Source: Calditrichaceae bacterium
GTDB taxonomy: Bacteria > Calditrichota > Calditrichia > Calditrichales > JBFXGD01
Direction: 5' to 3'
NCBI GenBank assembly: GCA_050173015.1
Contig: JBFXLE010000004.1
Span: 67,470-131,469, forward strand
Length of the DNA stretch: 64,000 bases
The position numbers and the translations under genes are program-made. Below the pieces are notes generated by a model. That model did no database searches and was not told the origin of the DNA. It was given only the letters and a program-made list of their open reading frames with translations. Below, piece by piece: positions 20,659 to 30,559 of the stretch (positions are counted from its first letter, which is position 1; every line of letters begins with the position of its first letter).

Positions 20659-21744
20659 ATGTCTGAGAAAATCCGTTTTACAGAACAGACAGGTTTCTAT
20701 CAGGAACTGAGGTCACGGGTCAATGAGTATTTCACACAGAACAAACTGACACAAACCGGAGGATGGCGCATCTTTTTAAAAGGCTCCATCATCTTTTCAC
20801 TCTTTATTACATCTTATGTTTTACTTGTGTTTTTTACGACCTCATGGATAATGGCGATTATTTCAGCTTTTGTTCTTGCCCAGGGATTCGCCCTGATAGG
20901 CTTTAATATTATGCATGACAGTGTGCACGGCAGTTTTTCAAAAAACAAAAAACTAAATAAAACGCTTGGTTATACCCTGGATTTGATCGGCGGAAGCAAA
21001 AGGTTGTGGTATCATAAACACAATATTTTACACCATACTTATACAAATATTGCCGGGGTGGACATGGATTTGGATTCAAACGGTCTGCTGAGATTAAGCC
21101 CAAACCAAAAATGGCGCCCCTGGCACCGGTTACAGTTTTTATATGCTTTTCCCATGTACAGCTTATTAACACTTTCGATGATTACTTTTACCGATTTTCA
21201 TAAATTCTTTAACGGCCGCATAGGAAATTATAAACTGCCAAAGCCATCCGCCGGTGAAACAACACTCTTTTTATTAGCTAAGATTTTCTATTTTGTATAT
21301 ACTTTGATAATCCCACTGTTTTTTAACCCGTTTCTGTATGTAATCGGTGTTTTTTTACTGGTTCATCTCATTCTTGGATTCACATTTTCTATCGTTTTTC
21401 AGCTTGCCCACACGGTTGATGAGAATGAATTTCCGGTTGTTGATAATGAAAGCGGAATAATAGAAAATGAGTGGGCTATTCACCAGGCTCAGACAACGGC
21501 AAATTTTTCACCTAAAAGCCGACTGGCGAATTGGTATCTCGGAGGATTAAATTTTCAGATTGAACATCATTTATTTGCTAGAATTAGTCATGTGCATTAC
21601 CGGAAGATCAGCAGGATTGTCCAAAATGTCTGCACTGATTTCGGTATAAAATATACATCCTATTCCAATATTTTCAAGGCGATAATGGTTCACTGGAAAT
21701 GGCTTTATATGATGGGCAAAAAACCGGCTCTTATCGTCGAATAG
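20659..21744 (+). CDS. Membrane fatty-acid desaturase (front-end-like His-box pattern)
   Basis: Three His boxes, HDSVHG, HKHNILHH and QIEHHLF, with TM pairs between them. Confidence 0.85.
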   Translation: MSEKIRFTEQTGFYQELRSRVNEYFTQNKLTQTGGWRIFLKGSIIFSLFITSYVLLVFFTTSWIMAIISAFVLAQGFALIGFNIMHDSVHGSFSKNKKLNKTLGYTLDLIGGSKRLWYHKHNILHHTYTNIAGVDMDLDSNGLLRLSPNQKWRPWHRLQFLYAFPMYSLLTLSMITFTDFHKFFNGRIGNYKLPKPSAGETTLFLLAKIFYFVYTLIIPLFFNPFLYVIGVFLLVHLILGFTFSIVFQLAHTVDENEFPVVDNESGIIENEWAIHQAQTTANFSPKSRLANWYLGGLNFQIEHHLFARISHVHYRKISRIVQNVCTDFGIKYTSYSNIFKAIMVHWKWLYMMGKKPALIVE

Positions 21745-22264
21745 TTAATAAAGAAGGGGTGTTCATTTTGGAATATCCCTTCATCTTTTCCTAATGCGCG
21801 GGTATATTAATCGATGTTGATAAGCCGAACTTCTGCGGTGAATTTAAACCGGATTGCGGTATTATTTCCATTCCTCAGCCAATTTGTTCCGGCATTAACG
21901 CGTGATGGTAGTTTATAAAGGCCTGCTGTCACTTTCTTGTAAAAAGCATACCCATTTATCTAATTTAGATTTGAGCTCCTAATTTCTTAAGATGATTATC
22001 AGATAGCTCATTCTGCTCAGTTAACCGCACAGTTTGTAAATCGTAAGCAATCTTTTATTTTTAATATTTAGATGTTTAGAAATGAAATTATGTATATTAT
22101 ATCCGCAAATTAGAGTGTGATGATGTGAATAAGATCTGCGCGCCCGTGGTATGTGGATGGTGATGCGTTTTGGTTCGCTTTCTTTTTAAATAGAGATTAT
22201 TTTCAGATATGAACATGGATGGCCGTTCTAATCATGTTTCATTTTACAGAAAAGACATCCTGCT

Positions 22265-24442
22265 ATGATAAAGAAAACGTTTGGAACATTTGCCGGGGTA
22301 TTTACACCTACAACATTAACGATTTTAGGTGTAATAATGTACATCAGACAACCCTGGGTTGTTGGAAATGCCGGCATTGTTGGGGCTTTGATGATCGTAT
22401 TACTGTCTGTGGCAATCACCTTTACTACGGCCCTGAGCTTGTCTTCCATCACTACCAATGTCAGAATTGGCGCGGGCGGCGCTTTCAGTTTAATATCGCA
22501 ATCGCTTGGTCTCGAAATTGGCGGGGCGATCGGCATTCCATTTTACTTCGCCCAGGCCATTGCCGTGGCCATGTATATTTTTGGATTCAGGGAAGGTCTT
22601 CAAACGCTTACTCCTGATGCCAGTCCTTTGCTTCTCGATATGGCTGTTTTTGTTTTGGTGATGATCATTGCTTTCATAAGTACAAGCTTTGCGTTTAAAA
22701 TTCAATATGTCATTTTAGGTGTTATCGCTCTGTCATTAGTCTCAATATACGGCGCCTTATTTGTGAATGAGCTGAATTATAATGTCGAGTGGTTTGGTAA
22801 ATATCCCGGGTCTGTTGAAAATAATTTTAGCGGTTCATCATTTTGGGGCGTGTTTGCCGTATTCTTTCCGGCAGTGACAGGCGTTATGGCCGGTTCCAAT
22901 ATGTCCGGTGATCTGACCAATCCAAGGAAAAGTATTCCGTATGGTACCATCTCTTCAGTCATTATTACCACGATTATTTACATCAGTTTAATTTTTGTCG
23001 CGGCCGTACTGGCAACGCCTGATGAATTATCACAAAACTACAATCTGTTTATTGATAAAGCCCTATTCAGTCCAATTGTGTTGGCGGGTCTATTAGGCGC
23101 GACACTTTCATCAGCGCTTGGCTCTTTCGTCGGTGCGCCGAGAATCTTGCTGGCATTGGGAGAAAAAAATATTCTTCCTGAAAGCCATAAACTAGCCAAA
23201 ACTTCAAAAAGAGGTGAACCGGTCAATGCGATGCTGGTAACAGCAGTCATTGTTTTAGTCGGAATTTCGCTCAGAGACTTAAATACGATAGCACCTCTGT
23301 TAACCATGTTTTTTATGATCACCTACGCGATGGTGAATGTTGTTGTGCTGGTGGAACAAACACTGGCATTGCCCAGCTACCGGCCAACATTAAAAGTCCC
23401 AATCGTGATACCGACGATTGGCGCTTTCGGTTCGATTGCGATAATGTTTGTTATGAATGTGATCGTGGCGTTGTTTTCGTTAATATTTATTGTGTTTTTT
23501 TATTTTTATCTGGTGAAAAAAAATATCAAATCAGCAGCGGGCGACTCGCGTAGCGGGTTATTTACCGCCCTGGCGGAATGGGCCACTAAAAAGACGAATA
23601 ACCTGCGTCCGCAAAGAGAAGTGAGATCATGGCGTCCCGATTTACTCATACCTATGACTATGCCAAAAGATATAAGAAGTTCTTTTAAACTTATTCAGTC
23701 AATTGTCTCCCCGAAAGGTTCCATTAAAATTTTAGTTCTCAGAAATGAAAATGAATCTGAACAAAGAAATATGGAAAGTTTCCTTAAAAATGCAATTCAA
23801 AAATTTAAAGAAAGTGAATTGCCTGTGTCTTTTACGGTAATTGATAATACTGATTTTAATAATACCATAAATATCAGCATGCAGTCCTTAAACGCCGCGT
23901 TTTTTAAGCCAAACGTTCTTTTTATCACTGTTGACGCAGCAAATTCTAATAAGGACTATTATGACAGACTTTTGATAGACGCCAAAAAAAATAACTTTGG
24001 CGTGATTATATACGTGCCATTTTCAACCGCCGGTTTAGCTATCGAAAAAAATATTAATTTATGGATGACCAACATACCGGCCGATTGGAAGGAGACCTTT
24101 AGCGTTAAAAATAATGATTTATCGACGCTGGTCTCCATACTGATTTGCCGGAATTGGAAGGGATCTATTGATGTACACCTTTTAAATAATGATCCTCTGC
24201 TGGCAATTACAGATGAAGATATTGAAGACTTTCGGGTGATGGTTAGGTTTCCAAGTAAGACGACAATTGACGTTAAAACCGGCAATTTGATTGAAAATGT
24301 TAAAAAAGAACGAAATACCGATATAAATATTATTAACATTGATCAGGGTATGACTATTGATGATATGGTTAAGATTGTGATTGAATCCCGGATCTCTGCC
24401 ATATTTTGCGCTGATTCAGAATACGAAAACGTTCTGGTATAA
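22265..24442 (+). CDS. APC-superfamily transporter of the cation-chloride cotransporter (SLC12-like) type with a large cytoplasmic C-terminal domain
   Basis: N-terminus FGTFAGVFTPTTLTILGVIMYIRQPWVVGNAG is the SLC12/CCC TM1 signature. About 12 TM segments, then a roughly 290-aa soluble tail. Confidence 0.8.
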   Translation: MIKKTFGTFAGVFTPTTLTILGVIMYIRQPWVVGNAGIVGALMIVLLSVAITFTTALSLSSITTNVRIGAGGAFSLISQSLGLEIGGAIGIPFYFAQAIAVAMYIFGFREGLQTLTPDASPLLLDMAVFVLVMIIAFISTSFAFKIQYVILGVIALSLVSIYGALFVNELNYNVEWFGKYPGSVENNFSGSSFWGVFAVFFPAVTGVMAGSNMSGDLTNPRKSIPYGTISSVIITTIIYISLIFVAAVLATPDELSQNYNLFIDKALFSPIVLAGLLGATLSSALGSFVGAPRILLALGEKNILPESHKLAKTSKRGEPVNAMLVTAVIVLVGISLRDLNTIAPLLTMFFMITYAMVNVVVLVEQTLALPSYRPTLKVPIVIPTIGAFGSIAIMFVMNVIVALFSLIFIVFFYFYLVKKNIKSAAGDSRSGLFTALAEWATKKTNNLRPQREVRSWRPDLLIPMTMPKDIRSSFKLIQSIVSPKGSIKILVLRNENESEQRNMESFLKNAIQKFKESELPVSFTVIDNTDFNNTINISMQSLNAAFFKPNVLFITVDAANSNKDYYDRLLIDAKKNNFGVIIYVPFSTAGLAIEKNINLWMTNIPADWKETFSVKNNDLSTLVSILICRNWKGSIDVHLLNNDPLLAITDEDIEDFRVMVRFPSKTTIDVKTGNLIENVKKERNTDINIINIDQGMTIDDMVKIVIESRISAIFCADSEYENVLV

Positions 24443-24492
24443 CACATAATCCGTTGCGGTAAGCTCAATATTCAGTTTAATGCGGAGTAAAC

Positions 24493-25395
24493 ATGACCTT
24501 TCAGGATCTGTACAGTCAATTAAAAGCCGCTTACAACGAATCAAACTTAAATTATATTACTACACGAATTATTGAACTGTATCGCCATAATAATGATGCG
24601 GCAATATTAAAACTTGGCAGAAAGATAAAAGAATTCGCCGAGCTCGATAGCTCAAAGGCAAATCGGCTGTTTAGCCAATTAATCTTGCTTTACCATCCCG
24701 ACAAATTAAACTATTACCGGAATATGCTTGAAAAGTATCATTTGCAAAAGGATCATGAGAAATTAAGTCAGTTCACGCATATATTTATAATTCAGGAAGC
24801 CCTGAACACCTCAATTGTTCATAATAATTTTGATTATGAAAACCTTTATTATTCTCAGGTGCAATATGGGCTGGATGAAGATGATCTGAGTTCAATGGGT
24901 CAAACAGACTCATTGGAAAATGGATGGGATAATGAGGTTGCCGCGGTGCCCGATGATCGTTTTATTGATTTTCTCAGGGCTTTTCAGAATCAAGAAAACA
25001 TAGATTTTAATATTAACTCTCCTGATTTTATCCTGGAACAGCTGGTGGGGGAACTTGATTTGTCTGATTCAAATATTGGTGATCTAAAAGGCGTGGAATA
25101 CTGTAAAAATATTACATCCATAGATCTTTCCCGCAATCAAATAATTGATATTTCAGAACTAAGTGAGCTGGTGAACCTGGAGTCTGTTTATCTTTCAAAT
25201 AACTATATTTCCGATATTTTCATTTTATCAAACCTGATAAATTTAAAATATATCGATCTGTCTTTTAATGACATGTCTGATATAGAGCCGTTAATGGATC
25301 TGGATAAGCTTGAATATTTAAATGTCATCGGCAATGTGGTCCCGGTTGAACAAATCAATAGAATGCGAAAGAGAGGCGTAGTCGTTATTGACTAA
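24493..25395 (+). CDS. Cytoplasmic protein with a divergent J-like (HPD) region and C-terminal internalin-type leucine-rich repeats
   Basis: ANRLFSQLILLYHPDKLNYY contains an HPD tripeptide in J-domain-like context. About five 22-aa LRRs follow (ITSIDLSRNQIIDISELSELVNLESVYLSNNYISDIFILSNLINLKYIDLSFNDMSDIEPL). No signal peptide. Confidence 0.6.
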   Translation: MTFQDLYSQLKAAYNESNLNYITTRIIELYRHNNDAAILKLGRKIKEFAELDSSKANRLFSQLILLYHPDKLNYYRNMLEKYHLQKDHEKLSQFTHIFIIQEALNTSIVHNNFDYENLYYSQVQYGLDEDDLSSMGQTDSLENGWDNEVAAVPDDRFIDFLRAFQNQENIDFNINSPDFILEQLVGELDLSDSNIGDLKGVEYCKNITSIDLSRNQIIDISELSELVNLESVYLSNNYISDIFILSNLINLKYIDLSFNDMSDIEPLMDLDKLEYLNVIGNVVPVEQINRMRKRGVVVID

Positions 25396-25487
25396 ACCAA
25401 TCTATTGATCTTTCTTCAACAATGTCTGAAAAAGGCAGTAAATTTTATTGGCTGCTGTAAATTTCCAATACAATTTCGATTTGTTTC

Positions 25488-26138
25488 ATGAATATTGAGG
25501 GAATAATGATTTTATCCGCCATCTCTGTTCTGGTTATAATCACGGCTATCTTACATATCATTGCCGATTATAAAAAACAACGATATCAAACTTATATATT
25601 TAAACCGCTGACCATTGGTTTGATTATTTTGATCGCGTTTATTCAACCGGCCGAGGTTTCTCCGGCTTACCGATATCTGATTATTGCCGGTTTATTCTTT
25701 GCTTTTATCGGTGATATTTTTTTGATGCTGCCTTCGGATCGATTTCTATTTGGGCTGTCCAGTTTTTTTGTTACTCATGTTTTTTACATCGTTGCTTTTT
25801 TAAGTGATTCAAGTTTCCCGGTAAGTTATATATACCTCATACCGGGTTTAATTTTGAGCGTCGTCTTTTTAAAAATATTACTTCCTCATGCGCGTCTGAA
25901 AACAGTCCCGGTTATAATATATTCCATGATCCTGGTGTTTTTGCTCTGGCAGGCGACCGGCCGGATGGAAGAGATGTTTACACATAGTTCAATCATCGCG
26001 TTGATCGGAACACTCTTATTTGTTTTTTCTGATGTCGTTTTGGCATATAACCGGTTTGTGAGAAAATTCAGGAGCGCGCAATTAATCATTTTGAGCACAT
26101 ACTATACAGCCCAATTATTGATCGCTTATTCTGTATAG
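25488..26138 (+). CDS. YhhN-family membrane protein (lysoplasmalogenase family)
   Basis: Seven or eight TM segments; FAFIGDIFLM and FVFSDVVLAYNRF motifs are typical of YhhN/TMEM86. Confidence 0.75.
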   Translation: MNIEGIMILSAISVLVIITAILHIIADYKKQRYQTYIFKPLTIGLIILIAFIQPAEVSPAYRYLIIAGLFFAFIGDIFLMLPSDRFLFGLSSFFVTHVFYIVAFLSDSSFPVSYIYLIPGLILSVVFLKILLPHARLKTVPVIIYSMILVFLLWQATGRMEEMFTHSSIIALIGTLLFVFSDVVLAYNRFVRKFRSAQLIILSTYYTAQLLIAYSV

Positions 26139-26362
26139 TATTTTTCTTTACTTAAAGATAAAGAATATGACCAATGAAAGGATTTCAGATGATTAAATAT
26201 GGAAATGGTATCTGTTTTTTAGATTGTTTTCGACGAGATGGCGGTGTTCAATGCCTGTAAAACAGTGTCATCCGGTCTGTTTGCAATAGACAATTAAATT
26301 CCAGACAACGATCACCCTAATTTTTTATTTTTTTCTTGACTTCATAATTTTTTTTAATATCT

Positions 26363-26382
26363 TCTACTATAAAAATAGTAGA
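26363..26382. promoter_or_regulatory. Perfect 8-4-8 palindrome, candidate BlaI-family operator
   Basis: TCTACTAT-AAAA-ATAGTAGA lies 18 nt upstream of the blaI-like ATG. TTGACT is at 26336-26341. Confidence 0.5.
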
Positions 26383-26399
26383 TAAACTATGGCAATAGG

Positions 26400-26798
26400 A
26401 TGATTGTTATGAAAGAAGTGAATCAAAATCTTACACCCCTCGAATGGGAGATTATGGATATCATCTGGGAACTTAAAAAAAGCCTGTCCGTACGTGAAGT
26501 TTTGGAAACAGCCTATCCTGACGGTAATAAGGCTTATACCACTGTTCAAACTGTGATGAACAATCTTGAAGCAAAGGGCTTCCTCAAAAAAGAAAAAATT
26601 GGACTTGTAAATTTTTATAAACCGCTCATCTTTCATAAAGATATGCTCAGAAAAGAAACATCTCAGTTTGTGAAACGGGTGTTCGGCGGTTCATTTCCGG
26701 GGCTTGTTAATTATCTGATTGACTCCAAGGCGCTAACAGAAGAGGAAATCAACGACCTGAAAAAACTCATCGCCGAAAAGGGAGAGGGAGAATCGTGA
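26400..26798 (+). CDS. BlaI/MecI/CopY-family transcriptional repressor
   Basis: LTPLEWEIMDIIWELKKSLSVREVLE...YTTVQTVMNNLEAKGFLKKEK is a winged-helix Penicillinase_R pattern. It overlaps the downstream M56 gene. Confidence 0.85.
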   Translation: MIVMKEVNQNLTPLEWEIMDIIWELKKSLSVREVLETAYPDGNKAYTTVQTVMNNLEAKGFLKKEKIGLVNFYKPLIFHKDMLRKETSQFVKRVFGGSFPGLVNYLIDSKALTEEEINDLKKLIAEKGEGES

Positions 26799-28105
26799 TG
26801 GTAAGTCTGCTAAATGATATCAGTCTGCATTGGGCCAATCTATTCTTAGCGATGATAGTTCAGAGTTCTGTCTTTGTTTCCCTGATCCTTTTTTTTCTCC
26901 ATATGATGCGCCATAAAGAAGCATGGTTTTTAAAATCTGTTACCGTTGTCGGTTTAGTTAAATTAGTTGTGCCTCCGTTTCTCATATCTGACCGCGTGAA
27001 TGAAGCGATTATTTCAGGAATGGGTTGGCTTCCAATCATCACCGTTTTTCCGAATGCGAAAGTCGATCCTGTTGAGCAATTATCCTTATCCGGTTTCGTT
27101 TTTCTCTCCTGGCTGGGCATTTGCTTAATTCTGCTAATCGCTGTTTCCATACGTCATTTGGCGTTTCGCTATGGGTTTCGTGATATAATACCGATAGATA
27201 ATCCGTTGAGTCACCCGGATGAGCGCGATTTAAAGATCATGTTTCTGCAATCAAAGAAAGTACACAGTCCTTTTGTAATCGGTTTGTTCAGGCATAAAAT
27301 CATTCTACCGGCAAACTGGTCGCAATGGAATAGTCAGACACAACGCGCCATTATTACTCATGAAATCGGTCACATCAGGCAAGGAGATCGATGGTTGAAT
27401 TTGTTGAAAATATTTGTCCTTAGTATCCATTTTTTCAATCCGCTCGCCTGGATACTAACGCGTAAATTAACCTGTTTCAGCGAAATTTTATGTGATGAGG
27501 TATCATTAAAGTCAAACGGATTTGGGAGAAAAGCATACGCGCGTGTTTTATTGACGATTGCCGAAGAAACCGGAGGGAGGTTAACCGGCGTCTCGGCGCT
27601 AAATTTCTCCAGGACCCATCGTTTACTAAAAACCCGTATTACCTATCAGTTAAGTCAAAAAGAGGAGACAATGATGAAGAACTCAACATGGGCGAACCGG
27701 ATCACTATTCTGGGGCTGTCGCTAATGGTCATTCTGTTTTCCTGGCAATGCAGTAATGATAACAATGCCGCGCCAAGCGAAACCAAACAGCAGATTTCAT
27801 CAGTCGTGACACAATCCGATGCCATGGACTTTTCAAGTGTGGATGTTAAGCCGGAACTGGTTAAGAAGGAAAGACCGGAATATCCTGAAGACGCCAGAAG
27901 AGGAGGCATTGAAGGAACCGTTATTGTCGCGGTCACCATTGATGTTGATGGATCGGTGACAGAGGCCAGTATATTAAAATCGGTACCACTGCTTGATCAG
28001 GCTGCCCTTGATGCCGCCAGGATGGCGCAATTCACACCCGCGGAGCATGACGGGAAAAAAGTAAAAGTGACAATGAAAATTCCGTATCAGTTCAAACTAA
28101 AATAA
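26795..28105 (+). CDS. BlaR1-like M56 peptidase sensor fused to a TonB C-terminal domain
   Basis: HEIGHIRQGD (HExxH) lies in an M56 membrane context. The C-terminus VKPELVKKERPEYPEDARRGGIEGTVIVAVTIDVDGSV...IPYQFKL is a TonB_C fold signature. Confidence 0.85.
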   Translation: MMVSLLNDISLHWANLFLAMIVQSSVFVSLILFFLHMMRHKEAWFLKSVTVVGLVKLVVPPFLISDRVNEAIISGMGWLPIITVFPNAKVDPVEQLSLSGFVFLSWLGICLILLIAVSIRHLAFRYGFRDIIPIDNPLSHPDERDLKIMFLQSKKVHSPFVIGLFRHKIILPANWSQWNSQTQRAIITHEIGHIRQGDRWLNLLKIFVLSIHFFNPLAWILTRKLTCFSEILCDEVSLKSNGFGRKAYARVLLTIAEETGGRLTGVSALNFSRTHRLLKTRITYQLSQKEETMMKNSTWANRITILGLSLMVILFSWQCSNDNNAAPSETKQQISSVVTQSDAMDFSSVDVKPELVKKERPEYPEDARRGGIEGTVIVAVTIDVDGSVTEASILKSVPLLDQAALDAARMAQFTPAEHDGKKVKVTMKIPYQFKLK

Positions 28106-28237
28106 TGATACCCCTGGTCTTAACTCCATCCGGATAGGTTTTAAGACCATTCGTGTAAGCCCGGGCTTTATTTTAACATCAATAATGACATCACTATTAA
28201 CTCAAGTGTCTTCGTTGCATTCATTTTCAAAGATGTC

Positions 28238-30559
28238 TCAGTATTCATCCAAATCAATGACCAGAAAGGCATTTAAATTATCAGTTACAAAAGTTTTTAC
28301 CCATACCGGTAACTCGTGGCCGTCTAAAAGTGGAATATCATTGCGATAGACATCATCCAGCCATTTCCGGCTTTTTTCGGTGATCGCGCGCCACATATTT
28401 GATTGTCTCAAAAAGCGGGTCCGGAGAATCTCGAAAACCAGAACGGTGGAAAGCAGCGTAAATAAATCGACATTCTGCCCTGTTTTGATGTTTTTTGAGA
28501 GTTTTTGAATTGTATTCAAATCGAGTTTAAGTACATGTGCCAGGTCTTCAGTAATCCGGAATCCACCCTCGGATTGCTGAGAAGCGAGCAGTGACATCAA
28601 CACATCAGTTGTGCCGATTTTATTATAGGAAGGGGAAGAACTGAAAAGTTTATTCAATGTGTGAATTTCAGGAATTTGACACATATCAACGCTGCGAGTG
28701 GCTGGTAGATCGTTGATATTCATATTTTCAATAAATCTATCTTTAATTATTTTCATTCGCGCGGTTTTTACATGATCGTGCCAACCGGTGGTAACCATGG
28801 TTGGGACCAGCGTGAGTTCGACTTCGCCAAAAGTTTTTTCGCTTTTCTTCCGTCTCTCTATTCCCAGAAAACTGGTATGTTTCGATAGGATACCGTATTC
28901 CTTTGAAAGTTCGATAATCATGTTGGTTGTTTTGTCCTGCTTCCGTTCTTCCTGTCTGGATCCGGATCTTTGAGCCGATTCCTCCAGATCACGAATTCTT
29001 TCCCTCGCCCATAGCTGCGGCAGCGGCATGTTTTCATGTGAAGTTTCGATCACCTCAAAATGCCATTCTTTCCTTTCCGCTCCGGCGCGGCCGTGTACAA
29101 CTATTCGGGAAGGCAGGGAGGTCATTAATGCTCCGCGGGCGAAAATTGTGGATACTTTATCGCCAAATAAAGTGGGATGAGCCGGCGCCTGTTCAATATC
29201 CTCGCCGTCCCAGGAAATACTTTCTATTTCCAGTTCAGGAGCTATGATCCGGTCAAAGATTCTAAGCACTTTGGGTTCGATCCGTTCTCCGGGATAAACA
29301 AATTCCGCTGCTCCGTTGCCCGCGCGCGCCACGCCTTTGATCAGGTGTTCATTGGGTCCGCTACCGATGCCGATCGAGAAAACTCTCGTATGTGAGCGGT
29401 TGGAAGCCGCGAGATCGATGATTTCCTGTTCATTTCCGACTTCACCGTCGGTTAATAATAATATCGTTCGTCCGTTCTCCGCGGATTCTGAATAGATTTC
29501 CTTCAATGGTTCATAGATTTCAGTACCACCCAGGATGGCCTGGGTTCTTTCCAATTTGTTGAGAGCCAAAGTCAGTTTGTCTTCCGAGTAGTCTTGTGAT
29601 TTGATGAAAAATGAATTAAACGATGACCCAAAACGATACACATTAAATTTGCATGCCTTTGGTAATGCCTTAAGGCAGATCTCCAATGCCTTTTTTGCTT
29701 CAAGAATCGAATCTCCCGACATAGACCCGGAACAGTCCAGCAGAAAAATCACTTCCTTTGATCCGGTTTTAGGGGTGAAATAAATTTGCGGAATCGAAAA
29801 ATCCAGTTGCCAGTAAGAATAATCACCGTCATTGCAGCAATAGGCCGCGCCGGATTCACTCTCCCCTGGATCGATTACAAGGATAAAATCACGATCCATG
29901 TTCACTGAATCGCTGACAAATTCAACAGCTACAAGTTTCTTCCGCAGTTTAATTCTGATAGGATGTGTGATGGATTCCACGGAGGCCAGACCGCCGTCAT
30001 GATAAATGTTAAGTTGCAAGGATAAACCGTAGGGGACTTCCGGCGCGTAGGGTGGATTTACAATGTCATGAATTGGAATCCCCTGATCGTCAGGCATGTC
30101 GCCCGGGATATAACGAGGGGAAATAGTTGTGGGCAGCGTGAAACGATAGTTGTGACCTTCGCTGTCAAGCAGCATTACCAGCTCGATTTCAACAATTACC
30201 TCCATACCGGGATTCAAATTGCCGACAGACAGCGTAAAAATATTCGGCCTCTCCTCATCCAAAAGATAGCCGCCGTCGCCAGCCATTAATGCATCGTCGT
30301 AATTATCGAAAGCCTTGTCACGCTCTTCTATCTTTCCGTCAATCCGCCTTTCCCCAACCCAGACCTGAAAACCGGTAATAGCGCTGCTTTCCGGTAACGG
30401 GAATTTATAAACAGCTTCAATGGCATTTTTTTCTTTATTACGGAATTTTTGCCGGATGATAATCTTTGCCCCGCGACCAAGCAATTCACCATTCACAGTA
30501 ACACCTGTCAAAGGAACGGAATGGTTGTTTGTTGAGAAAAGACCCCAAAAAGCACTCAT
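28238..30559 (-). CDS. Cytoplasmic VIT domain + von Willebrand A domain protein with a long helical C-terminal region
   Basis: VIT-like N-terminus (VPLTGVTVNGELLGRGAKIIIRQKFRN...AVYKFPLPESSAITGFQVWVGERRIDGKIEER). Intact MIDAS (VIFLLDCSGSMSG). C-terminal LLASQQSEGGF repeat-like motif. No signal peptide. Confidence 0.85.
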   Translation of the reverse strand: MSAFWGLFSTNNHSVPLTGVTVNGELLGRGAKIIIRQKFRNKEKNAIEAVYKFPLPESSAITGFQVWVGERRIDGKIEERDKAFDNYDDALMAGDGGYLLDEERPNIFTLSVGNLNPGMEVIVEIELVMLLDSEGHNYRFTLPTTISPRYIPGDMPDDQGIPIHDIVNPPYAPEVPYGLSLQLNIYHDGGLASVESITHPIRIKLRKKLVAVEFVSDSVNMDRDFILVIDPGESESGAAYCCNDGDYSYWQLDFSIPQIYFTPKTGSKEVIFLLDCSGSMSGDSILEAKKALEICLKALPKACKFNVYRFGSSFNSFFIKSQDYSEDKLTLALNKLERTQAILGGTEIYEPLKEIYSESAENGRTILLLTDGEVGNEQEIIDLAASNRSHTRVFSIGIGSGPNEHLIKGVARAGNGAAEFVYPGERIEPKVLRIFDRIIAPELEIESISWDGEDIEQAPAHPTLFGDKVSTIFARGALMTSLPSRIVVHGRAGAERKEWHFEVIETSHENMPLPQLWARERIRDLEESAQRSGSRQEERKQDKTTNMIIELSKEYGILSKHTSFLGIERRKKSEKTFGEVELTLVPTMVTTGWHDHVKTARMKIIKDRFIENMNINDLPATRSVDMCQIPEIHTLNKLFSSSPSYNKIGTTDVLMSLLASQQSEGGFRITEDLAHVLKLDLNTIQKLSKNIKTGQNVDLFTLLSTVLVFEILRTRFLRQSNMWRAITEKSRKWLDDVYRNDIPLLDGHELPVWVKTFVTDNLNAFLVIDLDEY

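Noticed and set aside
22219-22617. 132-aa + ORF and 102-aa - ORF overlapping the transporter start
   Set aside because: Both overlap the strongly supported SLC12-like frame, and their Cys/Trp/Arg-rich or odd composition is atypical of real proteins.
29260-29285. tRNA T-arm-like GGGTTCGATCC
   Set aside because: It lies inside the VIT-vWA coding frame and has no matching acceptor or anticodon stems.
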